Counted from the first letter of the stretch, positions 43,604-51,445 are shown. The stretch is DNA of 64,000 nt from a virus (IMGVR_UViG_3300046373_000059:960-64959); one strand, 5' to 3'. Made by a program: numbers and translations. Notes: generated by a model not told the origin, from the sequence alone.

Positions 43604-44395
43604 TCGCTATATGGGGGTTTCCTCATACCCTTCGCGGGCGCGGCTGCTGGATGACCAGTCCAGCCCTACCATCCAGCAGGTCAAAGCCGGATGTAGAGGA
43701 CAAACCCCATATAGCGACAAAATAAACGATTGCGCGGGCCTGTAGGTTCCCAGGTGTCAGGCGGTCGTAACGCTTTCGTTATCCCGCGCTTATCGCCTTG
43801 TACTCGCTTGGCACTGGCCTTCCCCCGCAGGTTGCACCAGCTCGTCCGCTTTCCAAGTGAGGCAGCTCAGGCCATCATCGCCACGCCCCCACAGCAAGCG
43901 AAGATGGGCGTTCCTGAGCCGCCTCACTTGCCGCCTCGTGAGAGGCAACAAGCGGGGAGTCTAATTCCTCCCTGCCATAAAGGCTCGTTTCCAGATTTTC
44001 GGAAGGGACTCCCGGCCCTTGCTTACTCGATTGTGTCCGCCTTCCGGTACGTGTTGCATGTAGGTGCCGGATTCTTTCCATCCGGCGTAAGTCACGGCAT
44101 ATGCCTTCCGTCCTCGGCACGAACCCGGCATTTTCGTTCATAGCTACAGGTCTGCATAAGCAATCCCGAGTGCGTCACGCCTAATGATCCTTCGTCGTTC
44201 TTTCCTGTTGCAATTCTTGCCGGTCTTACCCGGCTCAGTCCCTAGCATGAGGCAGCTTTTTTAGCACATTGCACGGAGCCAAACCGCGCTTGGACATGAT
44301 CGAGCAAGTTTGGCCCACCTATCTGGTGGCTGCCGCTGCGCCATTTCCGGCTGGCTCTTGCTCGACGGATTCCATTTTACATGAGCTGCGGCAGG
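43604..44395. ncRNA. Candidate large structured noncoding RNA region (three base-paired domains)
   Basis: No credible ORF; many stems of 7-18 bp, G-U pairs and GNRA loops; see findings. Confidence 0.6.
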
Positions 44396-44477
44396 TATTT
44401 TCCAGCGCTTCTGCTGCGTGGCTGCAACACAACAGGTTGTATATACGACTTTCTTACGGTATCCGTGAAAATAGTCC

Positions 44478-44506
44478 TTGAACTACCGCTTTCCGTAACC
44501 TATGCT
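44478..44506 (+). promoter_or_regulatory. sigma70-type early promoter
   Basis: TTGAAC-17 nt-TATGCT upstream of the early operon; imperfect palindromes at about 44436-44449 and 44454-44469. Confidence 0.7.
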
Positions 44507-44752
44507 GGCATTAAGTTCTAGCGAACGAGTTGCTTCCAGCAGAAAGAAATGGCCTCGGCCCTACATCACCGCCTCGCTAGATACGAAAAAGAAAGCACGA
44601 ACGGGCCACACAACGCTGGCCTGCGGTTCCAGGCTGATCCCTGGGTCAAGCACCGATGTGAAGCACGCGAAATATCGAAACACCACATACAGCTTCAGTT
44701 GCTGCCTCGTGACAGGGGGCAGCTCCGGGCGCTGTGCCTGCAAGGAGAAATC

Positions 44753-45121
44753 ATGAAACACTTATGGGAAGTGAAACACAGTTACTACTGCCAGGAAGGT
44801 AACTACTTCAGCAATCACTGCCACTTTGAATATAAAAGCTGGCAAGACTTCATCGACGAAATGGGCGATGCTGACATGGATTACAACCTGATCTACCGCT
44901 GGGACTGGAAAGAAGAAGCGGATGACGATGGGAAGTCAACATTCAATGGCGACGTGAATTACCGCAATGGCAAACTCATGCTGTTCTATATGGGACAGCG
45001 GAAAGCCAAGGCGACAAGCTGCGAAGTAGACGTATGCCGCGCAGACGAGGACGCCATCATCGCGTTCATGAAGCCACACTGGCAATACATGCTTGCCTTG
45101 TGGTCGCCGCTTGCAGAATAA
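44753..45121 (+). CDS. Early hypothetical protein (122 aa, aromatic/acidic)
   Basis: AAGGAG RBS before ATG 44753. Confidence 0.8.
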   Translation: MKHLWEVKHSYYCQEGNYFSNHCHFEYKSWQDFIDEMGDADMDYNLIYRWDWKEEADDDGKSTFNGDVNYRNGKLMLFYMGQRKAKATSCEVDVCRADEDAIIAFMKPHWQYMLALWSPLAE

Positions 45122-45190
45122 ACAGCTCCAGCCATAGCGCCCCACCACGGACGCTATTACGGGCGCTGTGCCCTCTTACCGGAGAAAATC

Positions 45191-45466
45191 ATGTCATCCT
45201 GGACTCCCCCACCAAACCACTGGAACCCCATCGGGCACTTCTACTCGATCATCCCGATGTATGAAGGCGACCTGTACAAGTATCAGGGCATCGCCACGGA
45301 AGGCAACATCAGCCATCTGCGCGAGATATTCCCTGATGGCGTGCTGTCGTCGGACTACATCGCTGACCGTGTGAAGCGTGGCGAGTTCGAGCTGCGCGGC
45401 GAGCTGGTCGCAGAGAACATCGTCGATACCGAAGGCGCCAGCAGCCTTCCAGGCTACCTCAGATAG
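45191..45466 (+). CDS. Early hypothetical protein
   Basis: GGAG RBS; lies between repeat copies. Confidence 0.75.
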   Translation: MSSWTPPPNHWNPIGHFYSIIPMYEGDLYKYQGIATEGNISHLREIFPDGVLSSDYIADRVKRGEFELRGELVAENIVDTEGASSLPGYLR

Positions 45467-45526
45467 CACCAGCAGATGCCCCGCGTGCGAGGCATCTACG
45501 GGTCTTATCCCGGATGGAGAATTATC

Positions 45527-45667
45527 ATGAACGCGATCCGCAGCAAGATCGCCGCAGTCGAGCACCACATCATCTTCGCTATATGGGGGATGCTGCCCGT
45601 GTCGGCCAAGGGAGCGGTCTACACCTTCTGGCGAGCACATCGCCGCAATCACTGTTTCAAAAAATAG
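45527..45667 (+). CDS. Early small protein (46 aa)
   Basis: GGAG RBS before ATG 45527. Confidence 0.65.
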   Translation: MNAIRSKIAAVEHHIIFAIWGMLPVSAKGAVYTFWRAHRRNHCFKK

Positions 45668-45677
45668 GAGCCTTATC

Positions 45678-45881
45678 ATGGAATCGACTATCAACGGCCA
45701 CACCACGAAAGAGGAACTGAATCGTGGCAATATCTTCCCCTACATGGTGTACGCCTACCAGCGCGGCGACGTGATGAAACACGGCATCGTCAAGCCTAAC
45801 GGCCAAGTCATCGAAGGCTTTGCCACGCACGAAGCTGCTGAAGCCTTCGCCCTGAGCCTGAAGCTCGCAGCAGGCGGCTGA
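45678..45881 (+). CDS. Early small protein
   Basis: AGGAG RBS. Confidence 0.7.
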   Translation: MESTINGHTTKEELNRGNIFPYMVYAYQRGDVMKHGIVKPNGQVIEGFATHEAAEAFALSLKLAAGG

Positions 45882-45882
45882 C

Positions 45883-46065
45883 ATGGACAGCCACAATGAA
45901 CTGATGCCCTACCCTGACCTTCCCACTCCCACGCTGGAAGAGGGGCAAAGCCACGGCGTCATCCTGTCGGGCGAACTGATCTACCTGGGCCAATCGCGCG
46001 ACGTGGCCCGCCTGATCCTGAATTCCATCAGCTTCCCGATGGTCAGTATCGGCAATCTGAATTAA
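45883..46065 (+). CDS. Early small protein
   Basis: Coupled; stop overlaps a repeat copy. Confidence 0.6.
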   Translation: MDSHNELMPYPDLPTPTLEEGQSHGVILSGELIYLGQSRDVARLILNSISFPMVSIGNLN

Positions 46066-46199
46066 AGCTCCAGCTACAGCGCCCGCCTGGACGCTGTTAC
46101 GGGCGCTTTTCCCGGTAATGGCCTGCATCAGCCATCACAGAATGACGCATCGCATGGGCATCCGCCCCCTTCCAATCCCCCCACTTTCAAGAGGTAGTT

Positions 46200-46415
46200 A
46201 TGCCCCATCCATCCATCCGCGCCGTCCTGGTGCGCCTGCGTCACAAGGCCCACGAAATCGGCCACGTCGTTTGCCATAAAGGCGAACACTTGTTCCACTC
46301 CGCTTACCTCGGCATCGTGTCCGTCGAGGCACACGGGTTTTACCGCTACGCGGCTGGCGTCACGCTGTTCTTTATCGTGGCGGACTTCCTGCTGTCGTTC
46401 GCTAAGGAGGCATGA
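46200..46415 (+). CDS. Small His-rich membrane protein
   Basis: GAGGT RBS; C-terminal TM segment. Confidence 0.65.
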   Translation: MPHPSIRAVLVRLRHKAHEIGHVVCHKGEHLFHSAYLGIVSVEAHGFYRYAAGVTLFFIVADFLLSFAKEA

Positions 46416-46564
46416 TGCTTGCCATCCTTAAATCGCCGCACGTCAAGCGCGTGCTGGTGCTGAAGGCCATCGTTGCGACCGGCCTTACGCTGTCCCACTT
46501 CTTCCCGCAGCAAGTCGCGCATGTGGCCTTCCTGACCAACATGCTGTGGCTCCTGGCCTTCTAA
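46412..46564 (+). CDS. Small membrane protein (50 aa)
   Basis: AAGGAGG RBS; hydrophobic; stop overlaps a repeat copy. Confidence 0.65.
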   Translation: MMLAILKSPHVKRVLVLKAIVATGLTLSHFFPQQVAHVAFLTNMLWLLAF

Positions 46565-46640
46565 AGCTCCAGCTACTGCGCAGCGCCTCCCTCACGGTGC
46601 TGCGCAGTGTCGGGCGCTTTGCCCTTAACCGGAGAAAACC

Positions 46641-46769
46641 ATGAAGCAAATTATCCCGAAGGTATGTCGGGCTGCACGCTGCAAAGCGGACAGTTTCCTG
46701 ATTAAAGTCGCCGCCGCTTATGTCGTCTTTGTGGCCCTGGTCATGATCTTCAACGACTCGGACGGCTGA
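46641..46769 (+). CDS. Small membrane peptide (42 aa)
   Basis: GGAG RBS after a repeat copy; one TM segment. Confidence 0.6.
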   Translation: MKQIIPKVCRAARCKADSFLIKVAAAYVVFVALVMIFNDSDG

Positions 46770-46770
46770 C

Positions 46771-47232
46771 ATGGACATCCTCAACATCGCGGCCCACGGC
46801 CTGCTTGCCCCGGATGCAGCTCTTGCCTTGACGCGGCTCTGCGTCGGCACGTTCTTCGCCATATCCGGCTTCAACAAACTCTTCAACGTCGGGCGCCATA
46901 ACTCGCTGACGGCGAACCTGCGCAAGAATCACATCCCTGCGCTGGGCTTTATGCAATGGTGGGTTCCCGGCTGGGAATTCGCATCCGGCGTGATGCTCGC
47001 CATCGGCCTGCTGTCTGCCTTCAATGCTGGCGTGCTGATGATTATCTGCGTCGTCGCCTGCTGCTGCGAAGCGAAGGCTAAGGTGGCGGCCTACCATCCG
47101 ATCAATCGCGGCGATTGGGTAGCCGATTGGCTCTACCTGCCAGAAGTGCTCTACCTGTTCCTGCTGGCCGTCATCGTCCTGGCTGGCACAGGCCAGTACA
47201 GCATCGACGCGCTGATCTTCCCGCTGTCCTGA
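46771..47232 (+). CDS. DoxX-family membrane protein
   Basis: LTRLCVGTFFAISGFNKLF...EFASGVMLAIGLL...GTGQYSID. Confidence 0.85.
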   Translation: MDILNIAAHGLLAPDAALALTRLCVGTFFAISGFNKLFNVGRHNSLTANLRKNHIPALGFMQWWVPGWEFASGVMLAIGLLSAFNAGVLMIICVVACCCEAKAKVAAYHPINRGDWVADWLYLPEVLYLFLLAVIVLAGTGQYSIDALIFPLS

Positions 47233-47297
47233 CAGTACCAGCCGTAGCGCCGTGACAGGGCGCTACCACGGGGATTGTCCCGCTTTTGGAGTAGACC

Positions 47298-47495
47298 ATG
47301 AAATCCGTATCCATCACGATGAACCCCCGCGCACATACGGTGCAGATGCGGGCCAATAACGAGCCGGTGATAACGCTGTCCTTCGCCGGTCGAAGTGAGG
47401 CCGATGTCAAGGACGCGCTGCTGTCCCTGGCATCGCTCGCGTTCAAGAAGTTGAACGAATTTCCAGTTGAAGAAGTCCCGGCGTTTGCTGGCTGA
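47298..47495 (+). CDS. Early small protein
   Basis: GGAG RBS after a repeat copy. Confidence 0.65.
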   Translation: MKSVSITMNPRAHTVQMRANNEPVITLSFAGRSEADVKDALLSLASLAFKKLNEFPVEEVPAFAG

Positions 47496-47529
47496 TCCAT
47501 CACCCCTGACCCCCACCAAGGAGAACGAA

Positions 47530-47802
47530 ATGGCTACGAAAACCTGCTACATGAATATCTATCGCAGCGGCTGGTTTCACCGCGAAGGCAAACCCAATAC
47601 CTTAGACCGCCACGCTGGCGATCTGTACGATTCACGCGAACAGGCCGTGGCCGACATCGACCCGCCGTCGCACTACATTGCCACGGTGGCTGTCCAGTGG
47701 GAAGACCCGGAGGACATCGTTGCAAATCCCGCCGACAGCGTGCCAGTCGCCCTGTCGGTATCCCGCAAACGCTTCCGTGAAACCGAAGGAGTAGCAGCAT
47801 GA
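47530..47802 (+). CDS. Early hypothetical protein
   Basis: AAGGAG RBS before ATG 47530. Confidence 0.7.
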   Translation: MATKTCYMNIYRSGWFHREGKPNTLDRHAGDLYDSREQAVADIDPPSHYIATVAVQWEDPEDIVANPADSVPVALSVSRKRFRETEGVAA

Positions 47803-47996
47803 TCGACGACCTCGACCAGTACCGAAACCGGCTCAAGGGTTTTGACTGGTATTTCGCTTACGCTGACGACGATGGCGAGTATCGCCGTGGCAAGCGTGAG
47901 CACGAAGAGCTGGCCGAAGCGCAGAAGCGCCTCGATCCAAGTGGCGCAATCTGGAACGAATACAGCCCACTTGGCTACAGCATACGCCGCAAATGA
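47799..47996 (+). CDS. Early small protein (DWYFAYADD motif)
   Basis: AAGGAG RBS; motif recurs in phage early proteins. Confidence 0.7.
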   Translation: MIDDLDQYRNRLKGFDWYFAYADDDGEYRRGKREHEELAEAQKRLDPSGAIWNEYSPLGYSIRRK

Positions 47997-48068
47997 CAGC
48001 ACCAGCTAATGCCTCGCTTCGGCGGGGCATTGTCGGGGATTGTCCCGGTTCACATAAGGAGAATAATC

Positions 48069-48875
48069 ATGACATCGCATATCCGCTCGCGCACGTTTGA
48101 CTGGACAGTAACGAAAGCCGTGGACGGCTGGAAGCCTAACTGCTGTCCTAATTTCGATCCAGGCTTGGCCCACGTCGTCGCACATGACATGATCGAGCAC
48201 CTGGACGACAGGTCTGCATTCGATGGCGAGCTGCGCGCCTTCGGCGTCACGATGTACGGGCGTATGCACGAAAGCCCGCATAAAATGTACGAAGCCAGCG
48301 CCAGCGATTTGAGTGTCTTCCTGGCCCTGCAAAACTACAATGTGCCGAAGCCGCCAAGCAAGCTGGCAAACAAACCGCTCGATGAAATTGGCGAGCATAT
48401 GCTGCGCCGCCTGTTGCGCGAAACGGAAATTAATTCCGCCAGCCCCCACGCTCTGACGAGCCGTAACGACAACAGGAAACTCTTCACTGACGCCGAAAAA
48501 TTCCGCAGCGTAGTCGATGACGTGCGCGGCTGGATTCGCATCGGATACCGCGTGGCAGCGCGCCGGTATAAGAAGCTCGGCCACGAAGGTCTGGATCATC
48601 TGTTTGGCAAGCTGGCCGATGCCATCATTGCCGATGCGCGCAACGAATTCCCCAAGCCTGGGGATACGCTGAAGATTGATCTTGACCTGAAAACGTTCAA
48701 GTTCACGCTGGAACGCGGCCAGCTTCAGCCAGCGCAAATCCTCAAGGCAGAAGCTGCGGCCCGCGTGGCTGATCCTGATTACGACAAGCCGCGCCACCAT
48801 CGCAGCCCACATCAGCAAGAGCTGGACGAAATCCTGCGCCAGATTTTCGGCGGCGCAGCAGCTTTTCCAAACTAA
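48069..48875 (+). CDS. Early protein with possible metal-binding HDxxEH...GELRAFG motif
   Basis: TAAGGAG RBS before ATG 48069. Confidence 0.7.
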   Translation: MTSHIRSRTFDWTVTKAVDGWKPNCCPNFDPGLAHVVAHDMIEHLDDRSAFDGELRAFGVTMYGRMHESPHKMYEASASDLSVFLALQNYNVPKPPSKLANKPLDEIGEHMLRRLLRETEINSASPHALTSRNDNRKLFTDAEKFRSVVDDVRGWIRIGYRVAARRYKKLGHEGLDHLFGKLADAIIADARNEFPKPGDTLKIDLDLKTFKFTLERGQLQPAQILKAEAAARVADPDYDKPRHHRSPHQQELDEILRQIFGGAAAFPN

Positions 48876-48943
48876 AGCTCCAGCTACAGCCCATCCCCGT
48901 GGGCTGTTACGGGCGCTTTGACCCGCAACGAAGGAGAAACATC

Positions 48944-49234
48944 ATGGCAATCTTAAACTGGAAGGTCAGCAAGGCAGACGGCAAGCTGATTAAAGCGATA
49001 GCAGAACGGGCCGTGAAGCTGTACACGAATCATGGCGCCGACCTGGATCAGCAGGATGTTGAAATGAGCATCACGGCTACCCACAACAACGGCACGCCGC
49101 TGCGCCTGCAAGAGCTGCTGGACGCGGACGACTTCAATCTGTCGCACGACGTTGGCGGCATGATCCGGCACATTAACCACGACACAGGCAAGCTCGAAAA
49201 TTTCTTCGTGCCACGCTTTGCCGTTCGCCAGTGA
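48944..49234 (+). CDS. DUF6874-like protein
   Basis: LRLQELLDADDFNLSHDVGG..RH....TGKL...FVPRF. Confidence 0.75.
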   Translation: MAILNWKVSKADGKLIKAIAERAVKLYTNHGADLDQQDVEMSITATHNNGTPLRLQELLDADDFNLSHDVGGMIRHINHDTGKLENFFVPRFAVRQ

Positions 49235-49241
49235 GGACATC

Positions 49242-49532
49242 ATGAGCGACCACAGAAAACCTAAGCCCGAAGTAGTCATCAGCTTCGCGCCCGTCGATAA
49301 GCGCATCGACATCACGGACGACTGGTACGAGCAACAGCTCAAGCTGCGCGCCGTCCACGAAGCGGCGCCGTTCCTGCTGGCGGCGCTGGAGCGGATGGTG
49401 AAGCTGCATCGGCTGATGGCGAAGGATATGAATTGGGGCGCAAGCGCGCTCCAGGCCGAAACCATCATGGAAATGAACGAGGCGCCAAGTCAGGCAATCG
49501 GCGCCATCAAGCGCGCAGGGGGCAAGGTATGA
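49242..49532 (+). CDS. Early hypothetical protein
   Basis: GAGGA RBS; AAPxLLxAL motif. Confidence 0.7.
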   Translation: MSDHRKPKPEVVISFAPVDKRIDITDDWYEQQLKLRAVHEAAPFLLAALERMVKLHRLMAKDMNWGASALQAETIMEMNEAPSQAIGAIKRAGGKV

Positions 49533-50140
49533 GCTACGAAATCCTGAAGCGCGACATGGCCGCCATGCTGCATATCGCAGCGAAGCAGGACATCCGCTGG
49601 TACTTGAACGGCGTGCTCCTGGAAATCGGCAAGACGGAAGGCCGTCTGGTCGCCACGAACGGGCACATCATGGGCGTGCTCAAACTTTACGGCACTGGCG
49701 ACATAGCACCTGGGCAATACATCATCCCGCGTGATGTGATTGAGTTTTTCAAGCCCACAAGGGATGGCTCAAACAAAGTCTTCCTGTCGCACGACGGCCC
49801 AGGCAATTTGTGGTCGATGTTCGATCCCTATACGCGGGTAACGAAGACCTTTGAAATGATCGACGCGAAGTTCCCCGACTACACCAGGGTGATGTCAGAC
49901 AAACTGGTAAGCGGTACGGCTGCGCAGCTTGACGTTACATATCTGGTGGCGTTCCAGAAGGCCAACATCATGTTGACCGGCAAGCGCCAATTCAACCAGC
50001 TCTATATTGGTCACGACAAGTCCCGCGCTGTAGTCAATTTCGATGATGGACGCTTTACCGGCGTCATCATGGGAATGCGGAAAGATAACAACGAAAGTTT
50101 CTACAACACGCCAGCATGGGCAACACGACATGCCGACTGA
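49529..50140 (+). CDS. Truncated DNA polymerase III beta-clamp-like protein
   Basis: DIRWYLNGVLL...LVATNGH...IDAKFPDYTRV; only about 200 aa. Confidence 0.8.
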   Translation: MSYEILKRDMAAMLHIAAKQDIRWYLNGVLLEIGKTEGRLVATNGHIMGVLKLYGTGDIAPGQYIIPRDVIEFFKPTRDGSNKVFLSHDGPGNLWSMFDPYTRVTKTFEMIDAKFPDYTRVMSDKLVSGTAAQLDVTYLVAFQKANIMLTGKRQFNQLYIGHDKSRAVVNFDDGRFTGVIMGMRKDNNESFYNTPAWATRHAD

Positions 50141-50212
50141 AAGGGCCAGCGTATGCGTCTTCGGGCGCATACACGGGAGCCTTTCCCGATAACCCCACTG
50201 AAGGAGCACATC

Positions 50213-50515
50213 ATGAAAAACCAATCGCAAGAGCTGCAACAGATGACTGCCACGATACTGGAACAACAAGCCAGTGGGGTAGCCTACCAGCGCGGCCTGC
50301 ACGCCGTCACGACGGTTCGCCTGGGCCAGATTTTCACGGACATCAAGGCCGCCGCAATCGCCGCAGGCTATGCCGCGCACACGCAAGAGCATCACCTGTT
50401 CATTGAAGGCTTCCTGGATGGCCTGCAAGACAACGGCGTGACGATCAGCCTGGACGATGCTGGCATCGTCGTCGGCCTGAGCGTGAATCAAGAATCCCAT
50501 CCAGTGTGGCAGTAA
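50213..50515 (+). CDS. Early hypothetical protein
   Basis: AAGGAG RBS after the last repeat copy. Confidence 0.7.
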   Translation: MKNQSQELQQMTATILEQQASGVAYQRGLHAVTTVRLGQIFTDIKAAAIAAGYAAHTQEHHLFIEGFLDGLQDNGVTISLDDAGIVVGLSVNQESHPVWQ

Positions 50516-50898
50516 TGAAAACCGATCCCCGCGTGGCGTGCGCAAACGCTGAAGAAAGACGCGGCTGGGCCATCCTGCATGATCTGGTCGCCCATCCGCT
50601 GTTGATCCTGACCGGCTACTCGATATGGGCGCTGGCCTTCCACGACTACACGTCGCACAAGGCATGGCCGCGTCCGCCGTACACATGCCGCAAGGAAACG
50701 AAGGTGGCGACGATCTACGGCAGGCTGACGGTCATTGAAGTGGCGCCTGGGGTCTACTCGATCCAGCACGGCTTCGTGGCCCACAAGTTCGTCACCACTG
50801 CCGCCAATCGCCTGCAAGCCGTGCATAAGGCGCTCGACTGGTTCGACGTGCTTGCGGTCGAAGTCGGCGGGATTTTCAAACCACGCTTGTACGTTTAA
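50506..50898 (+). CDS. Early hypothetical protein
   Basis: WAILHDLVAHPL...FHDYTS.KAWP motif; start may be ATG 50515. Confidence 0.7.
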   Translation: MAVMKTDPRVACANAEERRGWAILHDLVAHPLLILTGYSIWALAFHDYTSHKAWPRPPYTCRKETKVATIYGRLTVIEVAPGVYSIQHGFVAHKFVTTAANRLQAVHKALDWFDVLAVEVGGIFKPRLYV

Positions 50899-50909
50899 GG
50901 AGGAATGTT

Positions 50910-51122
50910 TTGAGACACGAACTTAGCCCGACAGTCGATCAGATTAAGGCGGCCAGGAAAGCCGCTGGATTGACGCAGGAGGAAGCCGCAGACCTGTTGT
51001 ACCGCAATAGCCTACAGCGCTGGAGCGAATGGGAAACCGGCCTCACGAACATGCCCCCAGCAGATTGGGAGCTGTTCCTCATAAAGACAAACCAGCATCC
51101 CGACTTCCGCAAATTTCCTTAG
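50910..51122 (+). CDS. Small XRE-family HTH regulator closing the early operon
   Basis: AAGGAGG RBS with TTG start; IKAARKAAGLTQEEAADLL...WSEWETG...M. Confidence 0.85.
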   Translation: MRHELSPTVDQIKAARKAAGLTQEEAADLLYRNSLQRWSEWETGLTNMPPADWELFLIKTNQHPDFRKFP

Positions 51123-51445
51123 TTCCGTGCGCGGGCGACACAAAGCACCGTGAAGCTCGCGTACAGCCCCACCCCACCATCCGCAGTAATCACAGCATTG
51201 TATTGCTGTCCCGCCAGTAGTTCCAGCTCATGCTTCAGCGAGCAACGAAAAATCCCGTTCGAGTCAGTAATGTAGGACATATTCAAGGGCCAAGTCTCGC
51301 CCACCACATTCACGCCTGTGCTCGCGTTCTTCAGCGTCACGCTGACGGTCGCGCTGTTTAAAAATTCGCCGGTCGTGTCGTCCTTCAGGGATGCCACTTC
51401 CAGCACGTTGTCGTTTCCGACATAAAGGTTTTGAATGGTGCTCAT
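51119..51445 (-). CDS. Ig-like (BppU-type) structural protein
   Basis: Beta-strand pattern; start MSTIQNL at 51445. Confidence 0.6.
   Translation of the reverse strand: MSTIQNLYVGNDNVLEVASLKDDTTGEFLNSATVSVTLKNASTGVNVVGETWPLNMSYITDSNGIFRCSLKHELELLAGQQYNAVITADGGVGLYASFTVLCVARARN

Larger units (their letters stand above)
44689..50188 (+). repeat. Nine dispersed copies of a 50-60 nt structured intergenic element (44689-44740, 45122-45173, 45462-45512, 46064-46114, 46563-46624, 47231-47282, 47995-48047, 48874-48925, 50139-50188)
   Basis: Consensus P1(5-6 nt)-NCCAGC-variable hairpin-CGGG-N-P1'-CCC(G), followed by an RBS and ATG. Confidence 0.9.

Noticed and set aside
43604-44395. tRNA cluster, tmRNA, RNase P, group I/II intron or retron msr-msd
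   Set aside because: No cloverleaf with T-loop and CCA, no tmRNA termini, no RNase P GAGGAAAGUCC, no group II domain V, no interrupted gene and no reverse transcriptase in the window.
44549-44752. 68-aa N-terminal extension of the first early gene in the ORF track
   Set aside because: It crosses the leader hairpin and the first repeat copy; ATG 44753 has a strong AAGGAG like the other cassettes.
44689-50188. Early-region repeats as a CRISPR array or integron attC sites
   Set aside because: Spacing is irregular (about 0.3-1.3 kb) and contains whole genes, copies diverge in sequence, there are no RYYYAAC/GTTRRRY boxes, and no cas or integron integrase gene is present.
44689-50188. Early-region repeats as intrinsic terminators or hammerhead/twister ribozymes
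   Set aside because: No consistent U-tract follows the stems, and neither the hammerhead CUGANGA/GAAA core nor a twister consensus is recognisable; a new ribozyme class is not excluded.
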